Part shown: positions 1 to 8,638 of the stretch, piece by piece | Layout of the letters: every line of letters starts with the position of its first letter | How positions within the stretch are numbered: position 1 is the stretch's first letter | Source of the DNA: a virus | Taxonomy: Duplodnaviria; Caudoviricetes | Length of the DNA stretch: 64,000 nucleotides | Direction: 5' to 3' (one strand) | IMG/VR virus record: IMGVR_UViG_2882682849_000004 | Location: 5,296 to 69,295 of that record | The notes under the pieces: generated by a model | The model's database searches: none | Seen by the model: the letters and a program-made list of their open reading frames with translations, nothing else | Told to the model about the DNA's origin: nothing | Made by a program: the position numbers and the translations under genes

Positions 1-197
1 AGATATTCCTTTCTGGCTTTTTCTCTTTCTTCTTCCGTTGGTGCTGTCTTATATTTTGCGTACAGTTCATGGCGCACCATAGAATCCAGTTTCTTTTCCA
101 GCCCTCGCCGGATTTCATCAGCACAAGAACCATCTTCCACCAGATGATACCGGAGCAACGCCATAAACAAATCATAAGGTATCTGCACATTTTTCAT
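1..197 (-). CDS. Conserved small IME protein (MKNVQIPYDLFMALLRYHL...; family often mislabelled 'complexin-2'), 3' truncated by window edge
   Basis: Manual translation; ATG at 197 with upstream purine-rich AGAAAGGGA; open to position 1. Confidence 0.6.
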   Translation of the reverse strand, partial: MKNVQIPYDLFMALLRYHLVEDGSCADEIRRGLEKKLDSMVRHELYAKYKTAPTEEEREKARKEY

Positions 198-211
198 TTT
201 ATATCCCTTTC

Positions 212-286
212 TGCGTCGGTTTGCGTCGATAGCGACGGTATTTTCTATACCGCCCCGCTATCTGAAATACCGTCGCAACCGACGCA
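212..286. repeat. Nested inverted repeats just downstream of the replicase gene; candidate replication origin of the element
   Basis: GCGACGGTATTT (232-243) / AAATACCGTCGC (265-276) and TGCGTCGGTT (212-221) / AACCGACGCA (277-286). Confidence 0.5.
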
Positions 287-298
287 TATCGTCGCTTT

Positions 299-1456
299 TT
301 ATTCGTTCCGTTCCAGCCGCTTTAAAATGATTCTTCTCTCATGCCCCCGTTTATTGTCATAGAAAATACCATAGTCATTTAATAGCTGGCTGTTTACCAC
401 ATTTAATTTTCTGGAAAGCACATTTGCCGATAACTGCATATCCGGCAACTGTTTCAGAAGTTCTGTTGCCGTTCCTTCCCACTCTGGTCTGCCTTCCGCC
501 AGAAATTCGTTAATGGCTTCCAGAAGTGGGTTCGGCGGCTGTTTCCAAAGTTCCGTTTCTGCCTTTTTAAATTTCCAGATACAACGCTCCCGGTCAAACT
601 CGATTGTCAGTTCCTGGTCTGGCTGGTCACGCCCCACAATATCCAGAACCGCCGTGTTGTCCGTCCGTTTTTTCTTCTGCATAATAAACGCCCCATCAGC
701 CGCCCCAAGCAATCCGTTTGTGCCGGAAATCATATCAAAGCTATCACCGGATTCCATCTTGCGGGTATGGTGTACCACTAACAGACAGATACCATATTTA
801 TCACTAAATGCTTTCAGCTTTGTTACAATCTCATAATCATTCGAGTAGCTGAACGTTTCCCCACCGACTTCCCTCACCTTTTGCAGTGTGTCAATGATAA
901 TCAGCCTTGCGTCTGTATGCTGTTTCACAAACTCCTCTAATTCACCGTCCAAGCCTTCCTTCAGTGTCTTTGCCTGTGTCGCAAAATAGAGATTGTCTGC
1001 GCTCTCTATGCCAAACATTTGTGAAAGCCGCCGCTGAAGCCTTGCGTAATCATCTTCCAAAGCCAGATACAAGACCGTTCCTTTACGGACGGTATAATCC
1101 CACAGGGGAATCCCCATTGCTATATGATAGGCAAGCTGCCCCATAAAAAAGGATTTTCCCACCTTTGGCGCACCTACGAAAAGATATGTGCCGCCATACA
1201 GAAAACCATCTACAACCGGCGTCCTCGGCGGATAAAGCGTATCATATAATTCTGTCATGGAAACCGTCTGCAAACTGCACCCGGATTTCTCCGGGCTTTT
1301 GCAGTTATTTGTGTCAAAGCCACAAAAATCAGTGGCTTGCAGATTGATTTGTGCTGTTTCATTTGCTATAATTTCAGTGTCTTTTTTGATATTCGGCTGT
1401 TTCCCATCTGCGCCAACAGATGATACGGAAGCAGTCGTTTTTCTTTTTCCTGTCAT
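299..1456 (-). CDS. AAA_25 / RepA-like ATPase-helicase
   Basis: Walker A GAPKVGKS, Walker B LIIIDT, HHTRK motif typical of RepA/DnaB-like AAA_25 proteins. Confidence 0.85.
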   Translation of the reverse strand: MTGKRKTTASVSSVGADGKQPNIKKDTEIIANETAQINLQATDFCGFDTNNCKSPEKSGCSLQTVSMTELYDTLYPPRTPVVDGFLYGGTYLFVGAPKVGKSFFMGQLAYHIAMGIPLWDYTVRKGTVLYLALEDDYARLQRRLSQMFGIESADNLYFATQAKTLKEGLDGELEEFVKQHTDARLIIIDTLQKVREVGGETFSYSNDYEIVTKLKAFSDKYGICLLVVHHTRKMESGDSFDMISGTNGLLGAADGAFIMQKKKRTDNTAVLDIVGRDQPDQELTIEFDRERCIWKFKKAETELWKQPPNPLLEAINEFLAEGRPEWEGTATELLKQLPDMQLSANVLSRKLNVVNSQLLNDYGIFYDNKRGHERRIILKRLERNE

Positions 1457-1776
1457 TCATCTTCTCCTTTCAGACCGTCCAACGTGATTGCAATAACTTG
1501 TAATGTGTAGAGCAGTTCGTCATTGTCCGGGCTTATGCCCTCCATACGCTTCAATTCCTCATGGATTGCCGCCATCTGGTTTTTCAGAGCCTTATACACC
1601 CTCGGATTGCCCTGTACCACCACATCCCGGCACAAGAGCCGCCTGGTGATATAGTCCTGCTTAGTCAGCCCCGACAATGCTACTAAATCATTTAACAGTT
1701 TTGCTTCTTCGTCCGATACCCGGAACGCCACTGTATGATTGCGCCATCTTCCTTTATAATCAAGTGCCTTATCCAT
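1453..1776 (-). CDS. mobC: MobC-like ribbon-helix-helix protein
   Basis: RNHTVAFRVSDEEAKLLNDLVALSGLTKQDYI is a MobC/RHH-type N-terminus. Confidence 0.65.
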   Translation of the reverse strand: MDKALDYKGRWRNHTVAFRVSDEEAKLLNDLVALSGLTKQDYITRRLLCRDVVVQGNPRVYKALKNQMAAIHEELKRMEGISPDNDELLYTLQVIAITLDGLKGEDE

Positions 1777-1779
1777 TTT

Positions 1780-2862
1780 TTAGTCCTCCTTTGTCATTCG
1801 CTCCATTTCCAATCTTTCTGCCATTTCTGTCTGAATCGTAGGAAACAAGTGGGCATACCGGTATGTAATCTTCTCTGCTTCATGCCCCATGCGCTCCCCA
1901 ATCGCCAGTACCGAGAATCCCATGTTGATTAAAAGCGAAACTGCGCTGTGACGAATATCATGCACTCGAATCTTCTTTACACCTGCCTGTTTTGCCCCTC
2001 GCTCCATTTCGTGATTGAGATAGGATTTTGTGACGGTAAATAACCTTTCGTCCGGCTTAATGTCATAAAGCATTTTGATGTACTCCTGCATTTCCTCACA
2101 GAGAAACGGCGGCATTTTGATGGTGCGGTTACTTTTCTTCGTTTTGGGGCTTGTGATAATGTCACGCCCTTTGGAACGGTGAAATGTCTTGCTGATTGTG
2201 ACCGTCTGCTTCTCAAAGTTGAAATCTGCCGGAGTGAGGGCAAGCAGTTCACCAGAACGCATCCCGCACCAGTAGAGCATTTCAAACGCATAATAGGAAC
2301 GGGGCTTATCCATCATGGCTTCGGAGAATTTCAGGTATTCTTCCTTCGTCCAGAAGTCCATTTCCTTTACGGCTTCGCTTCCAATCGTTCCTGCCCTCCT
2401 TGCCGGATTGTAGGGAAGATTGTAAAAGTTTACCGCATGATTGAATATCGCCGTAAGCTGTGCGTGTATTGTCCTCAAATAATCTGCGGAATAGGGCTTG
2501 CCCTTCTCGTCCTTGTACGCCATCAGTTCATTTTGCCACGCTATCACGTCTTTTGCTTCAATCTCTGCGATTTTGCGGTTTTCAAAGTACGGCAAAATCT
2601 TTGTCCGTATTACATGGCTTTTGGATTCCCAGGTGCTTTCCTTGACACGCTGTTTCTTATCCGCTTCGTACACTTCAAAGAAACTGCCGAAAGTCATATC
2701 CAGCTTTGCCCCCTGTTTAAGCATGGCTTCATGTTCCCACGCCTGCGCTTCCCTTTTCGTTGCAAAGCCCCTTTTTTGTGTCTGCTTTCTTTCCCCCTTC
2801 CAGTTGGTGAAACGATAGATAACCCTCCACGTTCCAGTTGCATTGTCCTTGTATACAGCCAT
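1780..2862 (-). CDS. int: Tyrosine integrase with N-terminal arm-binding domain
   Basis: Catalytic motifs CGMRSGELLAL, HDIRHS, MGH...YRY; 360 aa. Confidence 0.93.
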   Translation of the reverse strand: MAVYKDNATGTWRVIYRFTNWKGERKQTQKRGFATKREAQAWEHEAMLKQGAKLDMTFGSFFEVYEADKKQRVKESTWESKSHVIRTKILPYFENRKIAEIEAKDVIAWQNELMAYKDEKGKPYSADYLRTIHAQLTAIFNHAVNFYNLPYNPARRAGTIGSEAVKEMDFWTKEEYLKFSEAMMDKPRSYYAFEMLYWCGMRSGELLALTPADFNFEKQTVTISKTFHRSKGRDIITSPKTKKSNRTIKMPPFLCEEMQEYIKMLYDIKPDERLFTVTKSYLNHEMERGAKQAGVKKIRVHDIRHSAVSLLINMGFSVLAIGERMGHEAEKITYRYAHLFPTIQTEMAERLEMERMTKED

Positions 2863-2882
2863 TTTGTAATCACTCTCCTTCC

Positions 2883-3062
2883 TTATTCGCTGTAACAGAC
2901 CTTTTTATGAAAAAATGTAGCGTTCACACGTCCTGTCACGGTCAAATAGCCCTGTTTCTGTAACTCTGTATTCAGTTCCCTTACAATCTGGTAGGCTTTT
3001 GACTTCGACACACGCAATTCCGCTGCCACTTCCTCCACTGTCATAAATGATTTTTCTGTCAT
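2883..3062 (-). CDS. xis: Excisionase / helix-turn-helix protein (59 aa, below ORF-track cutoff)
   Basis: MTEKSFMTVEEVAAELRVSKSKAYQIVRELN...; RBS AAAGGAG; directly upstream of int. Confidence 0.8.
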   Translation of the reverse strand: MTEKSFMTVEEVAAELRVSKSKAYQIVRELNTELQKQGYLTVTGRVNATFFHKKVCYSE

Positions 3063-3247
3063 GCAGTTGCTTTCTCCTTTCTAACTGTTTTTGTTTAAGT
3101 TCTGTATATAGAATACTAAATAAATTCCGTTAAGTCAAGCGGTTTTCAAAAGAATCTTAACTTTTTTTATTTAAGTTATTCTTGCTATTTCTATTTCCTC
3201 ATGTTATACTAAATTCAACAAATTTGTTTAGTATCGGAGGTTTGATT

Positions 3248-3805
3248 ATGGCAATCGGCAAACGTATCAAATTTTTTCGCAATAGAAAAGGCATGACGCA
3301 AAAGCAACTGGGCGAAATCCTCGGCTTCCTCGGAAAGACCTCTGATGTCCGCATGGCACAGTATGAATCCGAAGCCAGAGTGCCGAAGCATGACCTTGTA
3401 AAAGAAATGGCGAATCTTTTCGGTATCAGCACCCACGCCCTCACAGTGCCGGACATTGATACAAATATAGGGCTTATGCACACCCTTTTTGCGCTGGAAG
3501 ATATGTACGGGCTGAAAATCGGTGAGATTGACGGGGAAATCTGCCTGCGTCTGGATAAGTCCGATTACTCCACCTATTCTTCCATGTTCAAAATGTTCCA
3601 CGCATGGCAGTCAGAAGCCGCCAGACTGGAAAAGGGCGAAATCACCAAAGAAGAATATGACGAGTGGCGGTACAAATATCCAGAACTTGATACCCACCAA
3701 ATCTGGGCAAAGGTTCCTCCGCAAGAATTGTTTGACTTCATCAATGACGCTGCCAAAGAAGCAGAAAGTACAGACAAAAAAGAAGCAAAGCGCAAGAAAA
3801 AATGA
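3248..3805 (+). CDS. XRE-family transcriptional regulator, divergent from xis-int
   Basis: HTH_3 motif GMTQKQLGEILG...MAQYESEAR; RBS GGAGG before ATG 3248. Confidence 0.88.
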   Translation: MAIGKRIKFFRNRKGMTQKQLGEILGFLGKTSDVRMAQYESEARVPKHDLVKEMANLFGISTHALTVPDIDTNIGLMHTLFALEDMYGLKIGEIDGEICLRLDKSDYSTYSSMFKMFHAWQSEAARLEKGEITKEEYDEWRYKYPELDTHQIWAKVPPQELFDFINDAAKEAESTDKKEAKRKKK

Positions 3806-3811
3806 ACGCAA

Positions 3812-3860
3812 AAAACCTTACCAATTTTCAGTTGTCATTTCTGAAAATCAGTAAGGTTTT
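3812..3860 (+). terminator. Intrinsic terminator after XRE gene
   Basis: AAAACCTTAC...GTAAGGTTTT with inner TTTTCAG/CTGAAAA stem. Confidence 0.65.
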
Positions 3861-3904
3861 TCTGTTATTGAAGTATTCTTTTATTCAGTGAGTGATACCT
3901 GAAA

Positions 3905-3923
3905 CGTTGCCAAATCGTTGCCA
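3905..3923. repeat. Putative integrase arm-type direct repeats (IME side)
   Basis: CGTTGCCA at 3905-3912 and 3916-3923, 11-bp period, ~60 bp from att core. Confidence 0.55.
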
Positions 3924-3982
3924 GCGCCTAAACAAATTTGCTTGTAACACGCATAAACACTAGGTTCTTAAAGCCCATTTCA

Positions 3983-3997
3983 TCACTCGAACTCAAT
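3983..3997 (-). other. Putative att core, duplicate of guaA 3' end
   Basis: Minus strand ATT GAG TTC GAG TGA = I-E-F-E-stop, matching the usual GMP synthase C-terminus; lies between two elements' arm-like repeats. Confidence 0.6.
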
Positions 3998-4100
3998 CAG
4001 GTAATGGCATCTACTTGCACTTTCATCGTTAAAAATAAATATTTAATCACTTGTTTTATGGCTATTTACTCTCCCTACTTTTATTTTGATTGACTTTTAA

Positions 4101-4118
4101 CATCACAGAAGCATCACA
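4101..4118. repeat. Putative arm-type direct repeats (phage side)
   Basis: CATCACA at 4101-4107 and 4112-4118, 11-bp period. Confidence 0.35.
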
Positions 4119-4230
4119 CAATGATCTCCACTACATCTTCTATTTTGCATTGGAGCTCCTAGCAAATACTCTCAATAATCTTAAGATTGACCGGCTCATT
4201 CTTTCCTAATTTCGCCAAGGTAGCATTGTA
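4114..4230 (-). pseudogene. Degenerate HTH_26 (Cro/C1-type) gene fragment
   Basis: YNATLAKLGKNEPVNLKIIESIC*ELQCKIEDVVEIIV*: internal TAG, no start; resembles 4593-4853 and 5702-5935. Confidence 0.7.
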
Positions 4231-4272
4231 AATTCAATAAAACAGAATTTAAATTTAGGAGGATAATGCACT

Positions 4273-4506
4273 ATGGAAGAAAAATTAAAAAGCGTTATTA
4301 AAGATATAGAAAGTCACGTTGAATGGGAGCAGGAACTTATCAACAAATGCTCCGTAGAGATCAAAGAATATGCCCAAAAATATGCTCCAGAAAATATGGT
4401 GGTATTCCTTCCTAGTAAAATCAAGGAATTAGAAGATGCAATAAACCGCAAGAAAAAATATATCGAGCAGCTGAATATGTTACAGTTTATTCAGAAAAAT
4501 AATTGA
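4273..4506 (+). CDS. Hypothetical coiled-coil protein
   Basis: 77-aa ORF with RBS AGGAGG, followed by terminator. Confidence 0.7.
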   Translation: MEEKLKSVIKDIESHVEWEQELINKCSVEIKEYAQKYAPENMVVFLPSKIKELEDAINRKKKYIEQLNMLQFIQKNN

Positions 4507-4541
4507 AAAAGTAAATAAAATACCATGGTAACGATTATAAA

Positions 4542-4568
4542 AAAGACGTTCTTTGTATGAACGTCTTT
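4542..4568. terminator. Bidirectional terminator between convergent genes
   Basis: AAAGACGTTC-N7-GAACGTCTTT. Confidence 0.7.
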
Positions 4569-4592
4569 CTTTGTGACAGCAGTGTTGCAGCA

Positions 4593-4853
4593 CTACTTGT
4601 CAGCCGATGAAATCAGAGAGCCGTTCTTTGTATGCAATATTTTAGGACTTTTATCTGGCACCCGCACAATCAATTCATCGAGTTTGCAATCCAGAGCCTC
4701 ACAAATGAGATCTAAATGTTCCAGATTTACTCTTTCCACTAACTCATGGTACAATTCATTGATTGTGTTTGGTCGGATACCTGTAGCTCTTGCCAAGTCC
4801 GCTTGCGTCCATCTGATTTCGCCGAGCTTAGTAGATAGTAAAATTCTTATCAT
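4593..4853 (-). CDS. HTH_26 / XRE-family regulator
   Basis: RWTQADLARATGIRPNTINELY...LDLICEALDCKLDELI. Confidence 0.88.
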   Translation of the reverse strand: MIRILLSTKLGEIRWTQADLARATGIRPNTINELYHELVERVNLEHLDLICEALDCKLDELIVRVPDKSPKILHTKNGSLISSADK

Positions 4854-5034
4854 ACGTCATTGCCCCTCCGCTATAAAATAACATTTTATGACACATAAAT
4901 GTATCTTTTGATATTTTATAGCGGCTTAGGTTATACATTATCAGATTATGATATTTGTTATACTTAGTATATGTGTATATAATCCATTAAAAGAATAAGA
5001 AAACCGCCATTTCTGGTGGCCTTCAAAATTATAT

Positions 5035-5310
5035 TTATTCCACATCTAGCAACTCTAATGCCTCCCAGTCCCAGCCTTCCCAGCCTTTCCCTTCAGCCCA
5101 GGCATCCATGTCCACGCCCAGCAGCTCCAGCGCATCATCAACACTCATGCTGTGATTGGTCAGTATGCCTCCGATAATCTCAAACACATTATCGTCTGAA
5201 TAGACCAGCAGCATATTTCCGTCATACTCTGCCTGCTCTATTTTTTCCAATACCTCTGCTCCATAATCTTCTAAAATCTGCTCTCTTGCGTATTCTCTCA
5301 TAATTTTCAC
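5035..5310 (-). CDS. Acidic hypothetical protein
   Basis: 91-aa ORF, very D/E-rich with W-rich C-terminus. Confidence 0.7.
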   Translation of the reverse strand: MKIMREYAREQILEDYGAEVLEKIEQAEYDGNMLLVYSDDNVFEIIGGILTNHSMSVDDALELLGVDMDAWAEGKGWEGWDWEALELLDVE

Positions 5311-5429
5311 CTGTCAGCCGTTCCGGTTGCCCTTTCCTAAATTTATTTGCTTTGTATCCTCTAATATGCTATAATCTTTTTACAGTTGGGGCGGTGGCAA
5401 GCCCGCCCTTTCTGTGAACCCTTATTCTG

Positions 5430-5594
5430 CTATCTCTTTAATGCCTTTTCCAGTCTGTCCATGAGCCTTTTGTATTTCTTGTCGTATCTCTCGTTGTCCC
5501 CTGCTTCTTTGTACTCGTTTAATTCTTCCAAGTCCTCTTTGATTCCCTCCACAAAATCTTTGTATTGGTTGTCTGTCATTCCCATATGTTCCAT
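5430..5594 (-). CDS. Small charged hypothetical protein (54 aa)
   Basis: MEHMGMTDNQYKDFVEGIKEDLEE...; RBS AGAGAGG; promoter at 5645-5680. Confidence 0.7.
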   Translation of the reverse strand: MEHMGMTDNQYKDFVEGIKEDLEELNEYKEAGDNERYDKKYKRLMDRLEKALKR

Positions 5595-5651
5595 TTTTAC
5601 CTCTCTTTCTTTATGTATATCAAATATCTTGCCTTATCTGATAATACAAGT

Positions 5652-6090
5652 ATACACCTTTGTGTATTAGTTGTCAATACCAAAAATACATATTTGTGTA
5701 TTTATTTTTTATATTCCAAAATATCGCAAGGCTGACAATCCAGTTTATCACATAAATACATTATTGTATCTACTGCCACGTTTTCATTTTTAACAAGACG
5801 ATTAACCAGCGTAGGCGACAAATTAAAATTTTCTTTCTTCAAGTCCTGCTTTGTTATCCCTCTTCTTTTCATGGTTTCCCATAATCTACTATAAGATATA
5901 GAGCCACTATACACATTCTTTCTTTTATCTCCCATCTTATCACTTCCTTTTATTAATATTTCCTTTATGATACACCTTTATGTATTGTTTGTCAATTCGT
6001 TTTGTATTGTACACTTTGTGTATTTTCTACCAAAATTTAAATACACGTTTGTGTATTAAGTATATTGTAATTATATACACAATGGTGTAT
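5652..6090. promoter_or_regulatory. Cluster of ATACAC-N4-GTGTAT operators overlapping three sigma70-type promoters
   Basis: Perfect sites 5652-5667, 6041-6056, 6075-6090; one-mismatch sites 5686-5701, 5970-5985; promoters TTGACA-N17-TATACT (-), TTGACA-N17-TATCAT (-), TTGTAA-N17-TATTAT (+). Confidence 0.8.
5702..5935 (-). CDS. HTH_26 / Cro-C1 regulator, likely cognate repressor of the operators
   Basis: ISYSRLWETMKRRGITKQDL...LVKNENVAVDTIMYLCDKLDCQPCDILEY; operator in its own promoter. Confidence 0.88.
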   Translation of the reverse strand: MGDKRKNVYSGSISYSRLWETMKRRGITKQDLKKENFNLSPTLVNRLVKNENVAVDTIMYLCDKLDCQPCDILEYKK

Positions 6091-6099
6091 TATATAATC

Positions 6100-6300
6100 A
6101 TAGCAAAGGAAAGCAAGGAGGAAATGGCAGGGGAAGCGTAGCAAACGCATAAATCGTGAAACCTGTTAAAAGAGGTTAATAAACCGAAATGTCGAGCACG
6201 GGAAGGGCGTGCACCCTATAACAGGGCAACAGAGAAAACGGCGAAAGAACCCACACCGAGATGACACAGCACTTTTTCTTCGCTATCAAAGGAACGGAGG
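6100..6300 (+). ncRNA. Candidate structured 5' leader RNA with mini-ORF
   Basis: Hairpins GCGT/ACGC, AACCT/AGGTT, GCACG/CGTGC, CCCT/AGGG in ~200 nt; mini-ORF MAGEA* 6124-6141 behind AGGAGG. Confidence 0.4.
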
Positions 6301-6309
6301 ATATGGGAA

Positions 6310-6534
6310 ATGACAATGTATAAAGCAATCGTTACAGATAAAATGAACGGAAGAAAAGTCATCATAGAAAGTGAACATGATACAAAAGCTGAATTTATCC
6401 ATGATTTAAGGGCAAACGGCTACGCTGTAAACCCTATCAAGGTTAAGACTAAAGAGGTTTTTGAGTACATCATGAATCACACAAACTGCAACCCTTGGGA
6501 TTGGAAAGAAATCAAGGCAGTTCCAGCAGAGTAA
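6310..6534 (+). CDS. Hypothetical protein
   Basis: 74-aa ORF with RBS GGAGG. Confidence 0.8.
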   Translation: MTMYKAIVTDKMNGRKVIIESEHDTKAEFIHDLRANGYAVNPIKVKTKEVFEYIMNHTNCNPWDWKEIKAVPAE

Positions 6535-6582
6535 CCACACCACCCACCCGGCGGGGTTGTGCCGGGAGAAAGAAGGGAAGAT

Positions 6583-6828
6583 ATGATTAAATCAAAGGCA
6601 GACGCATTAGCATTTTTAAAATCACATAAAGAATTTTCCGACCAAGATTGGATAGAGGGCAAATTTTGGTTCAGATATGACGGGGTAGCAGAGCCGGAAT
6701 GCCTGCGGCATGATTATACAATCAACCACGAAACAGAAGGGATTATCGGCGTTATGGAAAAAGAAGCTGTTGATTATGTTTTCAGAAACAGAAAACGGCT
6801 GAATAAATTAGAGCAGGCGGCAGGATAA
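6583..6828 (+). CDS. Hypothetical protein
   Basis: ATG 6583 behind AGAAGGGA; MIKSKADALAFLKSHKEF... Confidence 0.7.
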   Translation: MIKSKADALAFLKSHKEFSDQDWIEGKFWFRYDGVAEPECLRHDYTINHETEGIIGVMEKEAVDYVFRNRKRLNKLEQAAG

Positions 6829-6841
6829 CACCTACCGCCTG
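6815..6841. terminator. Hairpin between convergent accessory and endolysin genes
   Basis: AGGCGGCAGG-ATAACA-CCTACCGCCT. Confidence 0.55.
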
Positions 6842-6850
6842 TTCTATTGC

Positions 6851-7936
6851 TCAAATACAGTCAAACAGTGATTGCATCTTTACAGCACTGCTAAGCAGTC
6901 GTACAATTTTATGCCCGTAGGACGCCCCGGCTTCTCCGGCCGCTTTCAGGCCCGAATATTTTTTTGTATCATATCCAGGTACCGCCCATTTACCAGATAA
7001 CTGCTCAAAAGTAGGGGCGCATCCTTTTGATACATACTTATACCGCGGATCCACACATGCCTGATTTAACGGCTTTGTTGTTGCATATGCCTTAAGATGC
7101 TGTATTTGCGCCCGGACTCCGGTTTGAGCGTCCGGGAAAGAATTACCAGGTACGCCGCCTGTAGCACCAAGGCCGGCATAATTATGCTGATTAGGCCGTA
7201 CATCACCGCCAAATTTAAAATATCCGGTCTCAATAAGGCTCTGGCAAAAGGCTCCGTCTCCCCTTATACCTTCTTTTTCCCCTTCTTCTAAAAATATTTT
7301 TGCCAGGTGCAGATATCCAGTCGCCCGGGGATTGCCCGAAAGGAGAAGATTGTTTAGCTGATCTGCCGCAGCAACACTCTGGCCAGTGATAGAGGTTCCT
7401 GCCGCCTCCCCCTGTACATGCGGCATTATGGCACTGCAGATTGCCTCCGCTATGATTTGTGGTCCAGCTGCCAAGTACCGGTTAACATCCGGCTCATTGT
7501 CGCAAAAACAAACCTCTATCAGCATGGCCTTTGCTTTGGTTTTACGGATTACGTACAGCCCTGATCCGGCCTTTACCCCGCGGTTGGTAAAGCCCAGCTT
7601 TGCTATATTACCGCATACATCCAGCGCATCCTGATACTGCCTGCCCTCATAAGTGTATACCTCAACGCCGTGGCCCCGCCCCGTGGATGCGTTAAAATGG
7701 ATGCTGATAAACCAGTCAAGATCCTGATTGTTTGCAAGCTGTACCGCTCTTGCAAGGTATACATCCCTGCTGGCGGCCTGGTCTATCGTACAGTCGATTA
7801 CCTTGATACCTTTTTGACGGAGCAGGGACATAAGGCCCTGCCCCACAAGACGGGTATGCTCCGACTCTTTGATGATGCCTACGGCCCCATATCCGGGGCC
7901 GCTTTTTGTGTGTCCACAGTTAATTCCTATTGTCAT
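6851..7936 (-). CDS. Endolysin: Amidase_3 plus glucosaminidase domains
   Basis: INCGH...ESE, ISIHFNA...GVEVY, MLIEVCF (amidase_3); AFCQSLIETGYFKFGG...HNYAGLG (glucosaminidase). Confidence 0.93.
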   Translation of the reverse strand: MTIGINCGHTKSGPGYGAVGIIKESEHTRLVGQGLMSLLRQKGIKVIDCTIDQAASRDVYLARAVQLANNQDLDWFISIHFNASTGRGHGVEVYTYEGRQYQDALDVCGNIAKLGFTNRGVKAGSGLYVIRKTKAKAMLIEVCFCDNEPDVNRYLAAGPQIIAEAICSAIMPHVQGEAAGTSITGQSVAAADQLNNLLLSGNPRATGYLHLAKIFLEEGEKEGIRGDGAFCQSLIETGYFKFGGDVRPNQHNYAGLGATGGVPGNSFPDAQTGVRAQIQHLKAYATTKPLNQACVDPRYKYVSKGCAPTFEQLSGKWAVPGYDTKKYSGLKAAGEAGASYGHKIVRLLSSAVKMQSLFDCI

Positions 7937-7973
7937 AATTCCTCCTTTTACTCCATTAATATTCTCAGTCTAT

Positions 7974-8219
7974 TTATTTGCTTTTTAAGGCTTTTAAGTG
8001 CTCATCTGCTGTGATAGCAGGCTGTGTAAAGCTGTTATTTTTCCACCAGGCCCACGCAGACGCCGCCGCCGTCAGTGCCATGGACACAGCTTGTCCGACA
8101 CCATCGTCTGTAAACGGCAGAGGACTGTACCCACTAATCGTCAGCACCTGATTAATCAGTGCGAACGCCAGAACCGCCGTTCTTACAATTGTTTCTTTTT
8201 CGATTTTCTTTTTTTTCAT
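7974..8219 (-). CDS. SPP1-type holin
   Basis: RTAVLAFALINQVL...PLPF...WAWWKNNSFT signature. Confidence 0.9.
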   Translation of the reverse strand: MKKKKIEKETIVRTAVLAFALINQVLTISGYSPLPFTDDGVGQAVSMALTAAASAWAWWKNNSFTQPAITADEHLKALKSK

Positions 8220-8241
8220 AGTTTTAATCCTCTCTTTCTCT

Positions 8242-8568
8242 TTATAAAAGTATCAGTAATGCAGTTACAACAGCGCCCACAATGGCACTAATGGCGGAAG
8301 TTATAATGGCCATTTTTATTTGTTTATGTGTTTCAGCAGGCTCTTTTTCCAAAATTTCCATTCGGTCACCAAGCTTTCTTTGTTCCGCAAGCATATTTTC
8401 CATGTTGACTGCCATTTTTTCTATTGAAACCGTCATGGAATTGATATGCCGACCGTTTTCTTCCAGCAGAGCGATCCTCCTGTTCTGCCGCGCATTTTCA
8501 GAATCTATGCGCCGGGCAAATTCTTCATGCTCGCTACGCGGAATATAACCATCCATAGTCTCCATCAC
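8242..8568 (-). CDS. XhlA-like lysis-cassette protein (coiled coil plus C-terminal TM helix)
   Basis: Coiled coil followed by AIITSAISAIVGAVVTALLILL; upstream of holin. Confidence 0.65.
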   Translation of the reverse strand: MMETMDGYIPRSEHEEFARRIDSENARQNRRIALLEENGRHINSMTVSIEKMAVNMENMLAEQRKLGDRMEILEKEPAETHKQIKMAIITSAISAIVGAVVTALLILL

Positions 8569-8593
8569 CTCCTTAAATATGAAAGTAAATAAA

Positions 8594-8612
8594 AAAGAGC
8601 CTTGAAGCTCCC
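8594..8612 (-). terminator. Weak hairpin plus U-tract just outside the left outer inversion site
   Basis: Minus strand GGGAGCTTCAAGGCTCTTTTTT. Confidence 0.45.
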
Positions 8613-8638
8613 ATTAACAACATAAATGATTAAATGTA

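Larger units (their letters stand above)
1..3997. mobile_element. Right end of a small integrative element (IME or satellite-like): XRE / xis / int / MobC-like / AAA replicase
   Basis: Gene order, arm-type repeats at 3905-3923 and att-like core at 3983-3997; left end lies outside the window. Confidence 0.8.
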
